A stretch of DNA of 64,000 nt from Methanomassiliicoccales archaeon PtaU1.Bin124 (GTDB taxonomy: Archaea; Thermoplasmatota; Thermoplasmata; Methanomassiliicoccales; UBA472), in contig MVRC01000011.1 in assembly GCA_002067865.1 (NCBI GenBank), forward strand, positions 136,573 to 200,572, given 5' to 3'. The notes under the pieces were generated by a model. The model saw only the letters and a list, made by a program, of their open reading frames with translations, was not told the DNA's origin and ran no database searches. A program made the translations under genes and the position numbers. Shown piece after piece: positions 46,623 to 57,017 of this stretch. Numbering within the stretch: the stretch's first letter is position 1; every line of letters starts with the position of its first letter.

Positions 46623-49600
46623 GTGAGGACGATAATCGGTAAATCGATAGCGGTAGCTATAGCGTTGATAATGATATTCGGCGTCATCTTGGTGATGCCG
46701 AGCGGAACGAGCGCCCCGGCGCCAGGATGGACGGCGATCAAAGCGTATGCAAAGCCCGATCCCCTGAGCAGTTGGGGGGTCGTGGAGAACTCGATAGCAT
46801 TGGATTCGCACGGGCATGTGCACATCGCCTTCGCCTTCGGCACGAGCAACAACGACAACGTTCTGATGCACACGACAAATGCGAGCGGAGCTTGGGTCGC
46901 CGAGGTCGTGGACAACACGGTCGATTCGGGCTATTATCCTTCGATCGCGATCGATTCCAATGACCATATCCACATCGCCCATTACTCCTATAACGAAAGG
47001 GGCCTCAGATATGCGACAAATGCTGGCGGCACGTGGGTCAATCAGACCGTGGTCTCCCGGATCGACATCAGTGATGGTATGTACAGGGCGGACGCCCAAT
47101 ACGGCCTATCTTTAGCCGTTGATTCTGCCGGGATCCCCTACATCGCATACTCGAGTCAGACCAGCCCAGGCACATATGAGGGTCGGCATTTCGATCTCAA
47201 CATGGCTGTGAAAATGGGAGGGGTGTGGAGCTTTGAGACGATCACCGGTGTGACGGGAGGGGACCTCTATCTGAAAAAGTCCCTGGTCCTCGATTCGAGC
47301 AAGCACGCCCACATCGCCTATAGCCAGTCGACCAAGCTGTATTACGCCACCAATGAGAGCGGGTCATGGGCAATGCAGATGCTGGACAATCAGTATGAGA
47401 ACGGTTGGGAGCACTACATCGCCCTGGATGGCCTGGGTCATGTCGGCATCAGTTATCTGACCAACAACACCACGCCCCCGTTGAACCTCAAATATGCCAC
47501 CAATGCAGGCGGTTCATGGGTGAACGAGACGATCGTGAGCTCGAACTCCCTGGTCCGTCCTACTCAGCTGGGCTATGATTCATCTGGCTATCCATGCATC
47601 ATGGTCTTCCGTAATTCCATGGTGTCTCTCTATAGCAAGACATCCGGAGGTACCTGGACCGAGACGAATCCGTTGGGCACCTCGACCACCATATCGGTCA
47701 ACATGTTCATGATGGCCGACGACCACGGAAAGTTCCATGTGTCCTATGCGGAGTACAATGACCTGTGGTACGTTACAAACTCCATCCCGTCCGATGTGAC
47801 CGCTCCGAGCATCTCAATCACCTCGCCCTCGTCCTCCGGCAGCTACTCGACCTACTCCAGCACGGTCACGGTCTCCGGCACGGCCTCCGATGACATCGGT
47901 GTGACCAGCGTGACCTGGACCAACGATAGGGGCGGTTCTGGCACGGCAACGGGGACCGGCAGCTGGTCGACCGGAAGCATCACCCTGCAGACTGGGGACA
48001 ATGTGATCACGGCGACAGCCCATGACGCATCCGGTAAATCGACCGATGTATCCATAACCATCACATACACGCCAGATATCGTCGACCCGAGCGTGATGAT
48101 AACATCACCGACAGATGCGATCGCCTATACCACCGACGTAGACCATATCGCATTGGCCGGAACGGCTTCCGACAATGTCGGTGTTGCATCGGTCACCTGC
48201 CACAACAACGCCAACGGGGCGGATGCTACAATCGCTGGGACAACATCCTGGTCGACCTCTTCAGATATGCCGTTGGTTTTGGGCGAAAACATCATCGTGG
48301 TCACTGCCAATGATGCGAACGGCAATTCCGCCACTGACACGATCACCGTGACCTATGCGGTGGACACGACAGTGCCGATGGTCACGATCACCGCTCCGGG
48401 GGACGATTTTGCCACCAACGTTGTTACAGTGGCCGTGACATGGACCGGAAGCGATAACGTGGGCGTGGTTGGATACAAGTACCGACTCGATGGCGGGGTC
48501 TGGTCCGGAATGACGACCGACACGACCTACACCTTTGGCGGTCTGGCAGAGGGCGCCCACACCGTGGACGTCAGGGCTTACGATGCTCGGGAGAACAACG
48601 CCACCGCGACGGTCCACTTCACCGTGGACCTGGTCTCGCCGATTCTTGGCATCTCCGCTCCGACGGACGGAGCGTTGATTGGTTCCCCGACGGTGTCCTG
48701 GTCCGGCGCCGACACCCTCTCCGGCATCAGCCACTACCTGGTCCGGGTGGACAATGGCACCTGGTCCGGGCAGCTCCAATCGACCAGCTACGCGTTCACG
48801 AACTTGGCCGATGGTCCGCACCAGGCGCAGATCCGTGCGTATGACAGAGCTGGCAATTACGTCGAAAGGGTGGTCAACTTCACTCTGGATGCCACTGCAC
48901 CAGTACTGAGCATCACCGAGCCGTCCTCCGGTTTCGCGACGAACGAAACGAGCGTCACGGTCGAGTGGGGCGCCTCTGATGCCATATCTGGTCTGGCCGG
49001 CTACCGGTTCCGCATCGATGGCGGTTCTTGGTCAGATCTGTCCTCGACCGTCAGCTACGAGTTCGCAGATCTGTCCAATGGCCAGCACAATGTCACCGTC
49101 CGCGCCGTGGACAACCTGGGCAACACCGCCGAGCGCTATATCGTCTTCACCGTGGACACGATGATGCCGACCCTCTCCATCATCAGTCCGGCCAACAACA
49201 CGCACTATAACGTGGCCAACGTGGCGGTATCTTGGTCGGCCAGCGATCAGCACTCTGGAATCCAAGGATATAGGTATCGTTTGGATGGAGGCGCATGGTC
49301 ACTGTTTGCATTAACCACAGGGCAGACCTTCACAGGTTTGTCCGAGGGCACTCACATCTTGGAGATCGAGGCACTGGACAATGCGAGCAACTCTGCCAAG
49401 GTCTCCATGACGTTCTTCGTCGACATCACCTCGCCATCGGTGAGCATCAGTTCCCCGACCGCCAACGCCACCTACACGACCAACGCATCGGCGCTATCCC
49501 TCTCCGGAGCGAGCACGGACAACATCGGCGTCATCGAGGTGACCTGGGCGAACTCCCAGGGAGGATCGGGAACTGCGACCATGTCGAGCACTGGATGGAC

Positions 49601-49817
49601 CATATCTGGAATCACCTTGAAGGCGGGGTCGAACGTCATAACCGTGACGGCCAGGGACGCGTCCAACAACACCGCCACGTCGACGCTGACCGTGACCTAT
49701 ACTCCCGACAGTGTGAAAGCAGCGGGACTTGACATGGGGATCATAGCCATCATCTTGGCCGCAGTCCTTGCGGCCATCGTGGGGGTCGTGTTCTTCATCC
49801 GCCGGAGGAAGAAGTGA
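46623..49817 (+). CDS. large cell-surface protein: signal peptide, 7 beta-propeller-like blades, 7 Ig-like repeats, C-terminal TM anchor
   Basis: repeats S(I/L)AxDS..HIAY...YATN..G.W and D...P.v.I..P; C-terminal hydrophobic helix + RRRKK. Confidence 0.85.
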   Translation: MRTIIGKSIAVAIALIMIFGVILVMPSGTSAPAPGWTAIKAYAKPDPLSSWGVVENSIALDSHGHVHIAFAFGTSNNDNVLMHTTNASGAWVAEVVDNTVDSGYYPSIAIDSNDHIHIAHYSYNERGLRYATNAGGTWVNQTVVSRIDISDGMYRADAQYGLSLAVDSAGIPYIAYSSQTSPGTYEGRHFDLNMAVKMGGVWSFETITGVTGGDLYLKKSLVLDSSKHAHIAYSQSTKLYYATNESGSWAMQMLDNQYENGWEHYIALDGLGHVGISYLTNNTTPPLNLKYATNAGGSWVNETIVSSNSLVRPTQLGYDSSGYPCIMVFRNSMVSLYSKTSGGTWTETNPLGTSTTISVNMFMMADDHGKFHVSYAEYNDLWYVTNSIPSDVTAPSISITSPSSSGSYSTYSSTVTVSGTASDDIGVTSVTWTNDRGGSGTATGTGSWSTGSITLQTGDNVITATAHDASGKSTDVSITITYTPDIVDPSVMITSPTDAIAYTTDVDHIALAGTASDNVGVASVTCHNNANGADATIAGTTSWSTSSDMPLVLGENIIVVTANDANGNSATDTITVTYAVDTTVPMVTITAPGDDFATNVVTVAVTWTGSDNVGVVGYKYRLDGGVWSGMTTDTTYTFGGLAEGAHTVDVRAYDARENNATATVHFTVDLVSPILGISAPTDGALIGSPTVSWSGADTLSGISHYLVRVDNGTWSGQLQSTSYAFTNLADGPHQAQIRAYDRAGNYVERVVNFTLDATAPVLSITEPSSGFATNETSVTVEWGASDAISGLAGYRFRIDGGSWSDLSSTVSYEFADLSNGQHNVTVRAVDNLGNTAERYIVFTVDTMMPTLSIISPANNTHYNVANVAVSWSASDQHSGIQGYRYRLDGGAWSLFALTTGQTFTGLSEGTHILEIEALDNASNSAKVSMTFFVDITSPSVSISSPTANATYTTNASALSLSGASTDNIGVIEVTWANSQGGSGTATMSSTGWTISGITLKAGSNVITVTARDASNNTATSTLTVTYTPDSVKAAGLDMGIIAIILAAVLAAIVGVVFFIRRRKK

Positions 49818-49864
49818 ACACTGTCCAGTAAAGAAAGGTCTAGCGCGGTCCAAACCTCTTCCAT

Positions 49865-50218
49865 TTACTTCTTCAAAATAATCAAGCTCTTTCTGATCTC
49901 GTCGATGTTTTTTGCGGCGACAGGATCCGTTGACAAGTATTGTTTCAGCTTGCCGCATGGGTAATCCTCGCATTCGGCGCATGTGCTGACACGTCTCTTC
50001 ATCGCGCAAGGCCTGACCAAACAGAGCTTCTGGCAGTATCCAGAGATCTTAGAGGATTTACATCCCTCGCACTCGATGTCCTCGGGGGCGTTTTCCACCC
50101 TTCTATCGGCCCAATTCTCAATCAAATGTTCTTTAGATATCCGGTCTCCAGCTTTCGTTGCCTTGTACGCCTTGCAGTCACCGCAATCCAGGCCGCAGTA
50201 GGCTATTAAATCAGACAT
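49865..50218 (-). CDS. DUF3795-like Cys-rich Fe-S protein
   Basis: IAYCGLDCGDC, CEGC, C..C.VRPCA, TCAEC.DYPC. Confidence 0.78.
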   Translation of the reverse strand: MSDLIAYCGLDCGDCKAYKATKAGDRISKEHLIENWADRRVENAPEDIECEGCKSSKISGYCQKLCLVRPCAMKRRVSTCAECEDYPCGKLKQYLSTDPVAAKNIDEIRKSLIILKK

Positions 50219-50253
50219 TTCAGCAATCTCCTAACACGAGCCTCTCCCTACAG

Positions 50254-51141
50254 CTACGTCGTCACCATTGCCCTGGAGCCGTTGATCAGCAAAGTGTGCT
50301 CCGTCTGGGAGACCATGCCGCCTCCAGCTTCGATCAGGATCGGATATGCATAGATCGCCCCTTGCCTGACCAGGGTCCTCAGGTTGGCGGGTGCTTTGGG
50401 GTCGAGGGCCGAGCACCACCTCTCACAGAATGCCAGGCTCCCGAATTCCTCTTTGATCAGATCGAAAAGATGTTTTGCACCGGCATCTTTTATCTCCCGG
50501 TCCCTTTGGACAATGTAAATGTTGCCTGGCTTCGCGTTGTCCACCTCTCCCGCCCCATCAGTGGCGAATGGCTCGATGGCCAGCAGCATCTCGTTGTGGA
50601 CCTTCGCGGTGTTACCATCATCGTAGTTCGAGATCGACAGGCCTGAGTGCAATTCATGCCGTTTTATCTCATGGCCACCAAGATTGCGTATCGGCACGAA
50701 ACCATTGCTTCTGATCCCCCTCTCGATCACGCCCCCGATGGCGCCGACCGGAACCCCTTCGCTGATCATATCTATCGCCATCGAGAGCGCTTTTGATGGC
50801 GCATCGATCAGGCTGGACCAGTTCTTCGTGCTTACTTCGACCGTTATCGCCGTGTCGCCCATGTGGCCGTTCACATGCGCCCCGACATCTAACTTCACCA
50901 CATCACCTCGGCTGAATGTGGTTCTGTCGTTCGAGGCGGGGGTGAAGTGGGCAGCGATCTGGTTGATGCTGATGTTAACGGGAAATGCAGGTTTCGCTCC
51001 CTTCTTTAGGATGTATCTCTCGGTCTCTTCTGCCACGTTGAGCAGGCTCACGCCTTCAGCGATCATGCTTGCACCGAGCTGACGAGCCTCCCGCGTCACA
51101 GCTCCTGCCTTGATTATGCTATCCAGGGTATCCTGTTCCAT
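50254..51141 (-). CDS. map: methionine aminopeptidase type II
   Basis: AFPVN, AAHFTP, KLDVGAHVNG..GDTA, GGH, AIEPF, QTEHT. Confidence 0.93.
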   Translation of the reverse strand: MEQDTLDSIIKAGAVTREARQLGASMIAEGVSLLNVAEETERYILKKGAKPAFPVNISINQIAAHFTPASNDRTTFSRGDVVKLDVGAHVNGHMGDTAITVEVSTKNWSSLIDAPSKALSMAIDMISEGVPVGAIGGVIERGIRSNGFVPIRNLGGHEIKRHELHSGLSISNYDDGNTAKVHNEMLLAIEPFATDGAGEVDNAKPGNIYIVQRDREIKDAGAKHLFDLIKEEFGSLAFCERWCSALDPKAPANLRTLVRQGAIYAYPILIEAGGGMVSQTEHTLLINGSRAMVTT

Positions 51142-51281
51142 CTTAGGACCTCGAACATCATTTGCTACTCATCGAGCACAAACTCTAGAGGAAATAAATC
51201 TATACCCTCAATGGGGAGATGGCTGACTTTTATCCATCACCGACGTTGATATTTCATTGCCAAACAATCGAAAATTCGCCT

Positions 51282-52415
51282 TCATCTTTCTCCAATCGGG
51301 ATAAATTTCTTCCCATACTCCCCTACATAATCGGAGGAGGGGCGAAGAAGAACAGCATCCTCATATTGTTCGATAATGTGAGCAACCCAGCCAGATATCC
51401 TGCTCGAAGCGAAAAACGGCGTGAAATATTCTTTTGGGATCTCCAAGGCGTCCATAGCCACTGCGGCGTAGAAATCCAGGTTGGGATAGATCTTCTTTCG
51501 ATCGTGCACTATCTGCTCGATCAGTAAACATCTGTTGTAAAGGCTCGATGTCCTCGGCCTATGGCAAAGATTTTCGACTATGCCTCTAAGATGTTTAGTT
51601 CGGGGATCCTCGACCCTATATACCCTATGGCCAAATCCCATTATCTTCTTATGATCATCCAACAGCCCTGAGATGTATTCATCCACACGTTCCTCAACCT
51701 CGATGTCGTTCAACATGTTCATGACCTTCTCGCTGGCACCTCCATGTATGGGGCCCTTCAACGTCCCTATGGCGGTCGTTACTGCGGAATACATATCGGA
51801 ATTAGTGCTCGCGGTCACCCTCGCCGCAAATGTGGAGGCGTTGAAGCCATGGTCCGCATGCAATATCATGAGGCGATGAAGAACTTCTGTCTCATCCATG
51901 TCTGGCGGAGAACCACGAAACATGTAGAGGAAGTTCGTTGCGAAACCGAAATCCTCCCTGGGGCTAGGAGTTTCCTTTCCCTCTCGGGATCGATGCAAGG
52001 TCGCAACTATCGTCGGTACTTGGGCCATTAAACGGATCGCTCTTCTATTGTTGGCCGCTTCACTGAACTCCCCTCCATCCGGATCATACTCGCCAAGGTG
52101 AGATACTTCCGTCCTGAGGACATCCATCGGGTGGCAATCTCTTGGAGTGGCTTTGATGCTGTCAACGACCGCATCTGGAAGTTTCATCTCAGCTACCAAT
52201 GCCTTACTGAATTTATTCAATTCCTTCTGTTTGGGCAATCGTTTATGGATGAATAGGAAAGCGATCTCCGCATAGATGATCCGCCCGACCAGGTCATCGA
52301 TGTTATAGCCCATGTAATATAGGCTACCCATCGGATTGACGAAGCTGATCCGCGTTTCTGCCGCCGCAACGTCTTTCAACCCCCGGACAACTGTTTTCGG
52401 TGCACCCTCGTTCAC
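51282..52415 (-). CDS. (Si)-citrate synthase / 2-methylcitrate synthase family
   Basis: DHGFNASTF, GPIHGGA, MGFGHRVY, YPNLDFY; GTG start after GGAGGTGA. Confidence 0.9.
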   Translation of the reverse strand: MNEGAPKTVVRGLKDVAAAETRISFVNPMGSLYYMGYNIDDLVGRIIYAEIAFLFIHKRLPKQKELNKFSKALVAEMKLPDAVVDSIKATPRDCHPMDVLRTEVSHLGEYDPDGGEFSEAANNRRAIRLMAQVPTIVATLHRSREGKETPSPREDFGFATNFLYMFRGSPPDMDETEVLHRLMILHADHGFNASTFAARVTASTNSDMYSAVTTAIGTLKGPIHGGASEKVMNMLNDIEVEERVDEYISGLLDDHKKIMGFGHRVYRVEDPRTKHLRGIVENLCHRPRTSSLYNRCLLIEQIVHDRKKIYPNLDFYAAVAMDALEIPKEYFTPFFASSRISGWVAHIIEQYEDAVLLRPSSDYVGEYGKKFIPIGER

Positions 52416-52676
52416 GCCATCACCTCCCCTTGGACAATAATCACAAATGTGAGGGCAACCAAACGATGATCATAACGCCAGTGGGCCAGTATCGTGCGCC
52501 TCGCTTCCCAGGCACATTGTGCATGGCTCAAGCCATAGTTTGTCCTTTATGTAATAACATCATAGTGCATCCCATAAATTTTTTTCCATCAGGGAATATC
52601 CTGGTGTTCCTTCATATTCCAGATGTTGCTTCCAGATACCGGGAAAATCCATCTGACATCATGGGTCTCCCTCAGC

Positions 52677-53834
52677 TCAGATCACCACAATATGCTCCAC
52701 CACCAGCAGCATGATAATGAGAATCAGCAGCAATAGTATCCATATCAATAGGGCGGTCAACGCCGTTCGCTTAGCTTTTCTCTCCTCCCACCAGTAGGTG
52801 GGCCACACACCGAGGAGGATGAAGACCAGGGTGCCAGCCAGATTTATGCCTATCAGGTTGCTGATGAGAATAAGTAAGGATTGTACTGCCAGGTCTGCCT
52901 CTCCGCTCCCCAATAGAAGACCACTGACTACTAGGGGGGGTAGAAGAGCAGCAGCCACTGTTACGCCTACCAAAGCTGTTCCGATCCCAACGCTGAAGAA
53001 CAACGCAGCCGCCGCACCCGCAACCAGGCCTATGATAACGTCTCCGATGCCGAAACGGGTACGGAGAGCAATTTCCGGAATGGTCGGATCGATATGGAGA
53101 TACAATCCCAAAATGAACGATATTGATAATGCTAAAAGCAGGCCAGAGAAAAGCGATATCAGAGCCTTGCCTGCCAATTTTTTGTTAGCAAGAGTTGTAG
53201 ACAAGGACAGTGCGACGTTCGGGGATAACAAAGGGGCAATCACCATCGCCCCGATAATCGCCGCGATGTTATTCTGTACCAGACCTACCGCAGCGACCAG
53301 AACAGATAGCACAACCAGGGAGAAGTAGACACCATTTACCTTAACGGCATCGCTGAGATCGGAGTATAGTTCATCTTTGCTTATGCGAGATATGTTCCTT
53401 CTCTTCTTTTTATCCTCCTTGCCCTCCTCCCTGGTCGTTACCAGGGTCGATTGCCTGGATGACAAAGAGGATCCGGGAGAATCGTTGGTTTTTTCCATTT
53501 TCCGCTCTTCGGAAGCAAGGGCGTTGGATGCCTTTTCAACGGCCTTCTGCTCCTTTTCCTCTTCCTTCTCCTTTTCTATCTTTGACTTATATTCGGGAAT
53601 CGTCGCCTCCAAAGGGATCAGGTTAATTCTGAACCCAGTAATGAATCCGAACTCTTGCTGGAAACGTTTGATGACCTCTTCTGCCTCGACAGCATCCAGA
53701 ACGATCCGGATGATTGATAGGTCAGAAGACAAGGTAATGGTGGGCAAGTCATCGATATGCCGATCTTTCAATAGGCTAGCCACATTGTCCATCGAGTTCG
53801 TAGGTACAGTAATCTCGACCAATCTTAGCGCCAT
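52677..53834 (-). CDS. TIGR00341/DUF389 family membrane protein
   Basis: IIGAMVIAPLL.P, GV.VAAALLPPL. Confidence 0.85.
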   Translation of the reverse strand: MALRLVEITVPTNSMDNVASLLKDRHIDDLPTITLSSDLSIIRIVLDAVEAEEVIKRFQQEFGFITGFRINLIPLEATIPEYKSKIEKEKEEEKEQKAVEKASNALASEERKMEKTNDSPGSSLSSRQSTLVTTREEGKEDKKKRRNISRISKDELYSDLSDAVKVNGVYFSLVVLSVLVAAVGLVQNNIAAIIGAMVIAPLLSPNVALSLSTTLANKKLAGKALISLFSGLLLALSISFILGLYLHIDPTIPEIALRTRFGIGDVIIGLVAGAAAALFFSVGIGTALVGVTVAAALLPPLVVSGLLLGSGEADLAVQSLLILISNLIGINLAGTLVFILLGVWPTYWWEERKAKRTALTALLIWILLLLILIIMLLVVEHIVVI

Positions 53835-54161
53835 ACAGCTCGATGATTAATCCTTTCGGCGCAGGGATAATTCTTTCTGTCATCTACCCCCAAGGCATCT
53901 CCAATCCATCAAAAGCCCTTGGTGATAGTTTCCATAGGCGAAATTTTTGCCAGTTACATTTCGCATACTACTGATCGCATAGACTCCTGGAGAGCTTATC
54001 TCAACGTTCCGGACCCAGCGGGTCAGAAAGGGAGGATCTCATAAAATTGTGGATATGATGATTGTGATTTTAGTGCCCATTTTATTTAAAATAAAGAAAT
54101 AATCAAGAAAGCAATATCAAAATTCAAAAATTATTTCCATCAATGCCGATATTACAAATTC

Positions 54162-55511
54162 ATGTCAATTTTGGAGAACACATCTGACATGGAGATGGTG
54201 CTTGAAGAGGTGAATAAGGAACAAGTGAAGTTCGTGGAGATGCAGTTCTCCGATATTTTTGGCACGATGAAGAGCGTAACGATCCCCTCGGAAAGCATAA
54301 CGGAGGTCATTGATGAGGGCGTATCGATCGATGGCTCTTCAATACTCGGGTTTGCCACAGTTGAGGAATCGGAATTCAAAGGTAGACCCATCATGAACAC
54401 GTTCAAGATATATCCATGGACCTGTGGAACGGATCAAAAGACCGCCCGCCTTGTCTGACAGATATTTGACTATGACGGTAAAAGGTTCGAGGGAGACCCC
54501 CGTCTCATTCTGGAAAGAACACTGGAGAGGGCGAAGGAGATGGGTTTTGCATACAAAGTGGGCCCCGAGATGGAATTTTTCTTATTGAAACCGGAGGAGA
54601 TCATGAATGGCATTCCTCGGGCTTGTGACAAGGGCAGATATTTTGACCTAATGCCCTTGGATTGGGGGGAGAAAACGAGGAAGGACATAATCAATCACTT
54701 CAACAAGATGGGCTTTAAGATCAAGGCCTCCCATCACGAAGTCGCCCCTGGCCAACAGGAGATCATTTTGAGGTACGGCGATGCCCTTGACATGGCCGAT
54801 CAGATTATGACAATCAAATATGGCATAAGAACAGTGGCCAAGCTAAATGGTTTACACGCCACGTTCATGCCAAAGCCGTTTCAGAATGATAATGGCAACG
54901 CCATGCATGTTCATCAGTCATTGTCCAGGTTCGGCGGTGGGAACGCTTTCGACGATCCGGAAAGCAAATACGGGCTCAGTGAGCTTGCCATGAACTTTCT
55001 TGGGGGGTTACTGACCCATGCTAAAGAGACATGCGGGATTCTCACCTCACATGTCAATTCCTATAGGCGCCTAATGCCAGGATATGAAGCTCCATGTTAT
55101 GTAAGCTGGTCGAACAGGAACCGCAGCGCCCTCATCAGAGTCCCGGCTATGAGGGGGAACGGAACTCGCCTGGAGCACAGGAACCCGGATCCGGCGGGTA
55201 ATCCATATCTTCAGTTCGCCGTGATGCTTGCCGCGGGACTGGATGGTATCGAAAGAAAAATTGAGCCACCTGAACCTGTTGAGAGAAATACATTCACCAT
55301 GAGTCCGGAAGAAAGATCATCCTTAGGTATTGACAGTCTACCTGAAACTCTCGGAGAGGCATTGAACCTGATAAACAACAGCGAGTTCATGAGAAAGGCT
55401 CTCGGCGAACATATTTTCGGTCAGTTCCTAACCATTAAAATGAAGGAATGGCAGGAGTTCAAGCGGTTGATCACCCCATGGGAGTTGGAGAGATACATCA
55501 CTTCGGTTTAA
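54162..55511 (+). pseudogene. glnA: glutamine synthetase type I interrupted by one in-frame TGA (54456-54458)
   Basis: ORFs 54162-54458 and 54540-55511 are in the same frame; ...TARLV*QIFDYDGKRFEGDPR...; GPEMEFF, HHEVA, ATFMPKP, NRSALIRVP intact. Confidence 0.75.
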
Positions 55512-55689
55512 AATCCAATGCTTATCCAGACGAAAATAATTTGGTATTGGATGACTATATAAATAATGTTCAATAAATAAATCAAGTATGGTCAATGAAT
55601 CATGGGGCCTCACCCAACCATTAAAAGCACCAATGGTGGGTTTAAGAAAGTGCAGGAAATTGACTGAAAGAACTGTATGAGTGTAAAAG

Positions 55690-55764
55690 TGGGTCTGCCC
55701 GAATTTGAATCGGGGTCTCAAGCTCCCAAAGCTCGAAGGATGGACCAAGCTACCCCACAGACCC
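55690..55764 (-). tRNA. tRNA-Pro (TGG)
   Basis: acceptor GGGTCTG/CAGACCC, anticodon arm CGAGC-TTTGGGA-GCTTG, T-loop TTCAAAT. Confidence 0.95.
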
Positions 55765-55895
55765 GAGTGAGGCGCTCTAATGCCGAACTCATCAATATAC
55801 TTTTTGAGCCCCAACGCGCTGGACACAATTCCTTCTTCAAATCGATCGAGCTCGGGTCAATTTTTTAATAGCTGCACGGGTAAATATACCGCTTC

Positions 55896-57017
55896 GTGGC
55901 ATCGAAGCGCACTTTCATCATGATCCTTGCCGTGGCCATTGCCGCCATGCTCATCGCCACCGGCGGTCTGTTGATCTATAAGGACTCCTTGACAAGAAGC
56001 GGATTCTCCCAGAGCGATCTGAGGACGCCGGTGGTGGTCTATGATTCATCGGTCAAGGTGTGGAACCCGGTGCCGACTACCACCAATGAGCCATCAAAGT
56101 CCATATCCATGACATGGGTGATGACCCCCATCTACGCCGGCTATGGCGGGACAGTGAACCTGACCCTAACCAATGATGGCCCGACGGTCATTCACATATC
56201 CGGCTACGGCCTGGAATGGATCGTGTCCGGGATCAAGACCACCCGGAACGAGAACTTGAACCTGACGCCTGGCAGCAGCGCGAACCTGGGTCTCCTGTTC
56301 TTCGATGCGCCTGACACGGTCGGTTCATATTCGTACCGCCTCCTCCTCGATCTGGCGGTCAAGGTCTGGAGCGGCACGTCCTGGCATGATTTTGGCATGA
56401 TCGAAGGGAGCACGAAGCAGGCGGACATCATCCCCTCGCTGAGCTATCATAACTACACCACGACGAAGAACCAGGCCAGCTACTTCGACAAGATCAAGGG
56501 GCTGTCGGGCGGCAGCGAGGTCTCTTCGCTGGCGAACACGATCAAGGGGGGCCAGAGCTATAACATCCAGCTGATCTGCGACGCCTTCGACTGGGTCGTG
56601 AACAACATCGCGTACAAGGACGACCCGTCGGATTACTGGCAGAGCTGCGCCGAGACGCTTTCCTGGCGCACTGGCGACTGCGAGGACCAGGCCATCCTGA
56701 TCGCGTCCATCATCACCGACATGGGAGGGAATGCCAGGGTCAACATCGTGGAAGGGCATGCGTTCCCCACGGTCTTCGTGGGCACCAACTCCACCTCGGT
56801 CTATGCGATCGACTCGGCGGTCGAGTCTCATTATGGGACAAGCCTGCCGGTCTACTACATCCATGACAGCATGGGTTATTGGATGGTAATCGATACCACC
56901 GGTTTCCCGTACGCTGGAGGACTTCCCACCACGGCAGGTCCAGTTCTTGACGGCGGCGCCAACGCCTGGTCCTTCGAGTCGACCAATTTCCTGATCGCCA
57001 TCGACGTGATGTTCTGA
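55896..57017 (+). CDS. membrane-anchored transglutaminase-like cysteine protease
   Basis: N-terminal TM; GDCEDQA, GHAF, W..IDTT triad. Confidence 0.8.
   Translation: MASKRTFIMILAVAIAAMLIATGGLLIYKDSLTRSGFSQSDLRTPVVVYDSSVKVWNPVPTTTNEPSKSISMTWVMTPIYAGYGGTVNLTLTNDGPTVIHISGYGLEWIVSGIKTTRNENLNLTPGSSANLGLLFFDAPDTVGSYSYRLLLDLAVKVWSGTSWHDFGMIEGSTKQADIIPSLSYHNYTTTKNQASYFDKIKGLSGGSEVSSLANTIKGGQSYNIQLICDAFDWVVNNIAYKDDPSDYWQSCAETLSWRTGDCEDQAILIASIITDMGGNARVNIVEGHAFPTVFVGTNSTSVYAIDSAVESHYGTSLPVYYIHDSMGYWMVIDTTGFPYAGGLPTTAGPVLDGGANAWSFESTNFLIAIDVMF

Noticed and set aside
46790-49720. Repeats in the surface protein as a CRISPR array or DGR template/variable pair
   Set aside because: They are degenerate protein-level repeats with no identical spaced DNA repeats, and there are no cas or reverse transcriptase genes
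51142-51281. att-site duplicate of the tRNA-Pro 3' end bounding the low-GC block
   Set aside because: No matching repeat found by eye and no integrase gene
55513-55552. Hairpin after glnA as an archaeal SECIS
   Set aside because: AT-rich and lacks a clear GAA/A internal-loop signature; kept only as a caveat in the glnA finding
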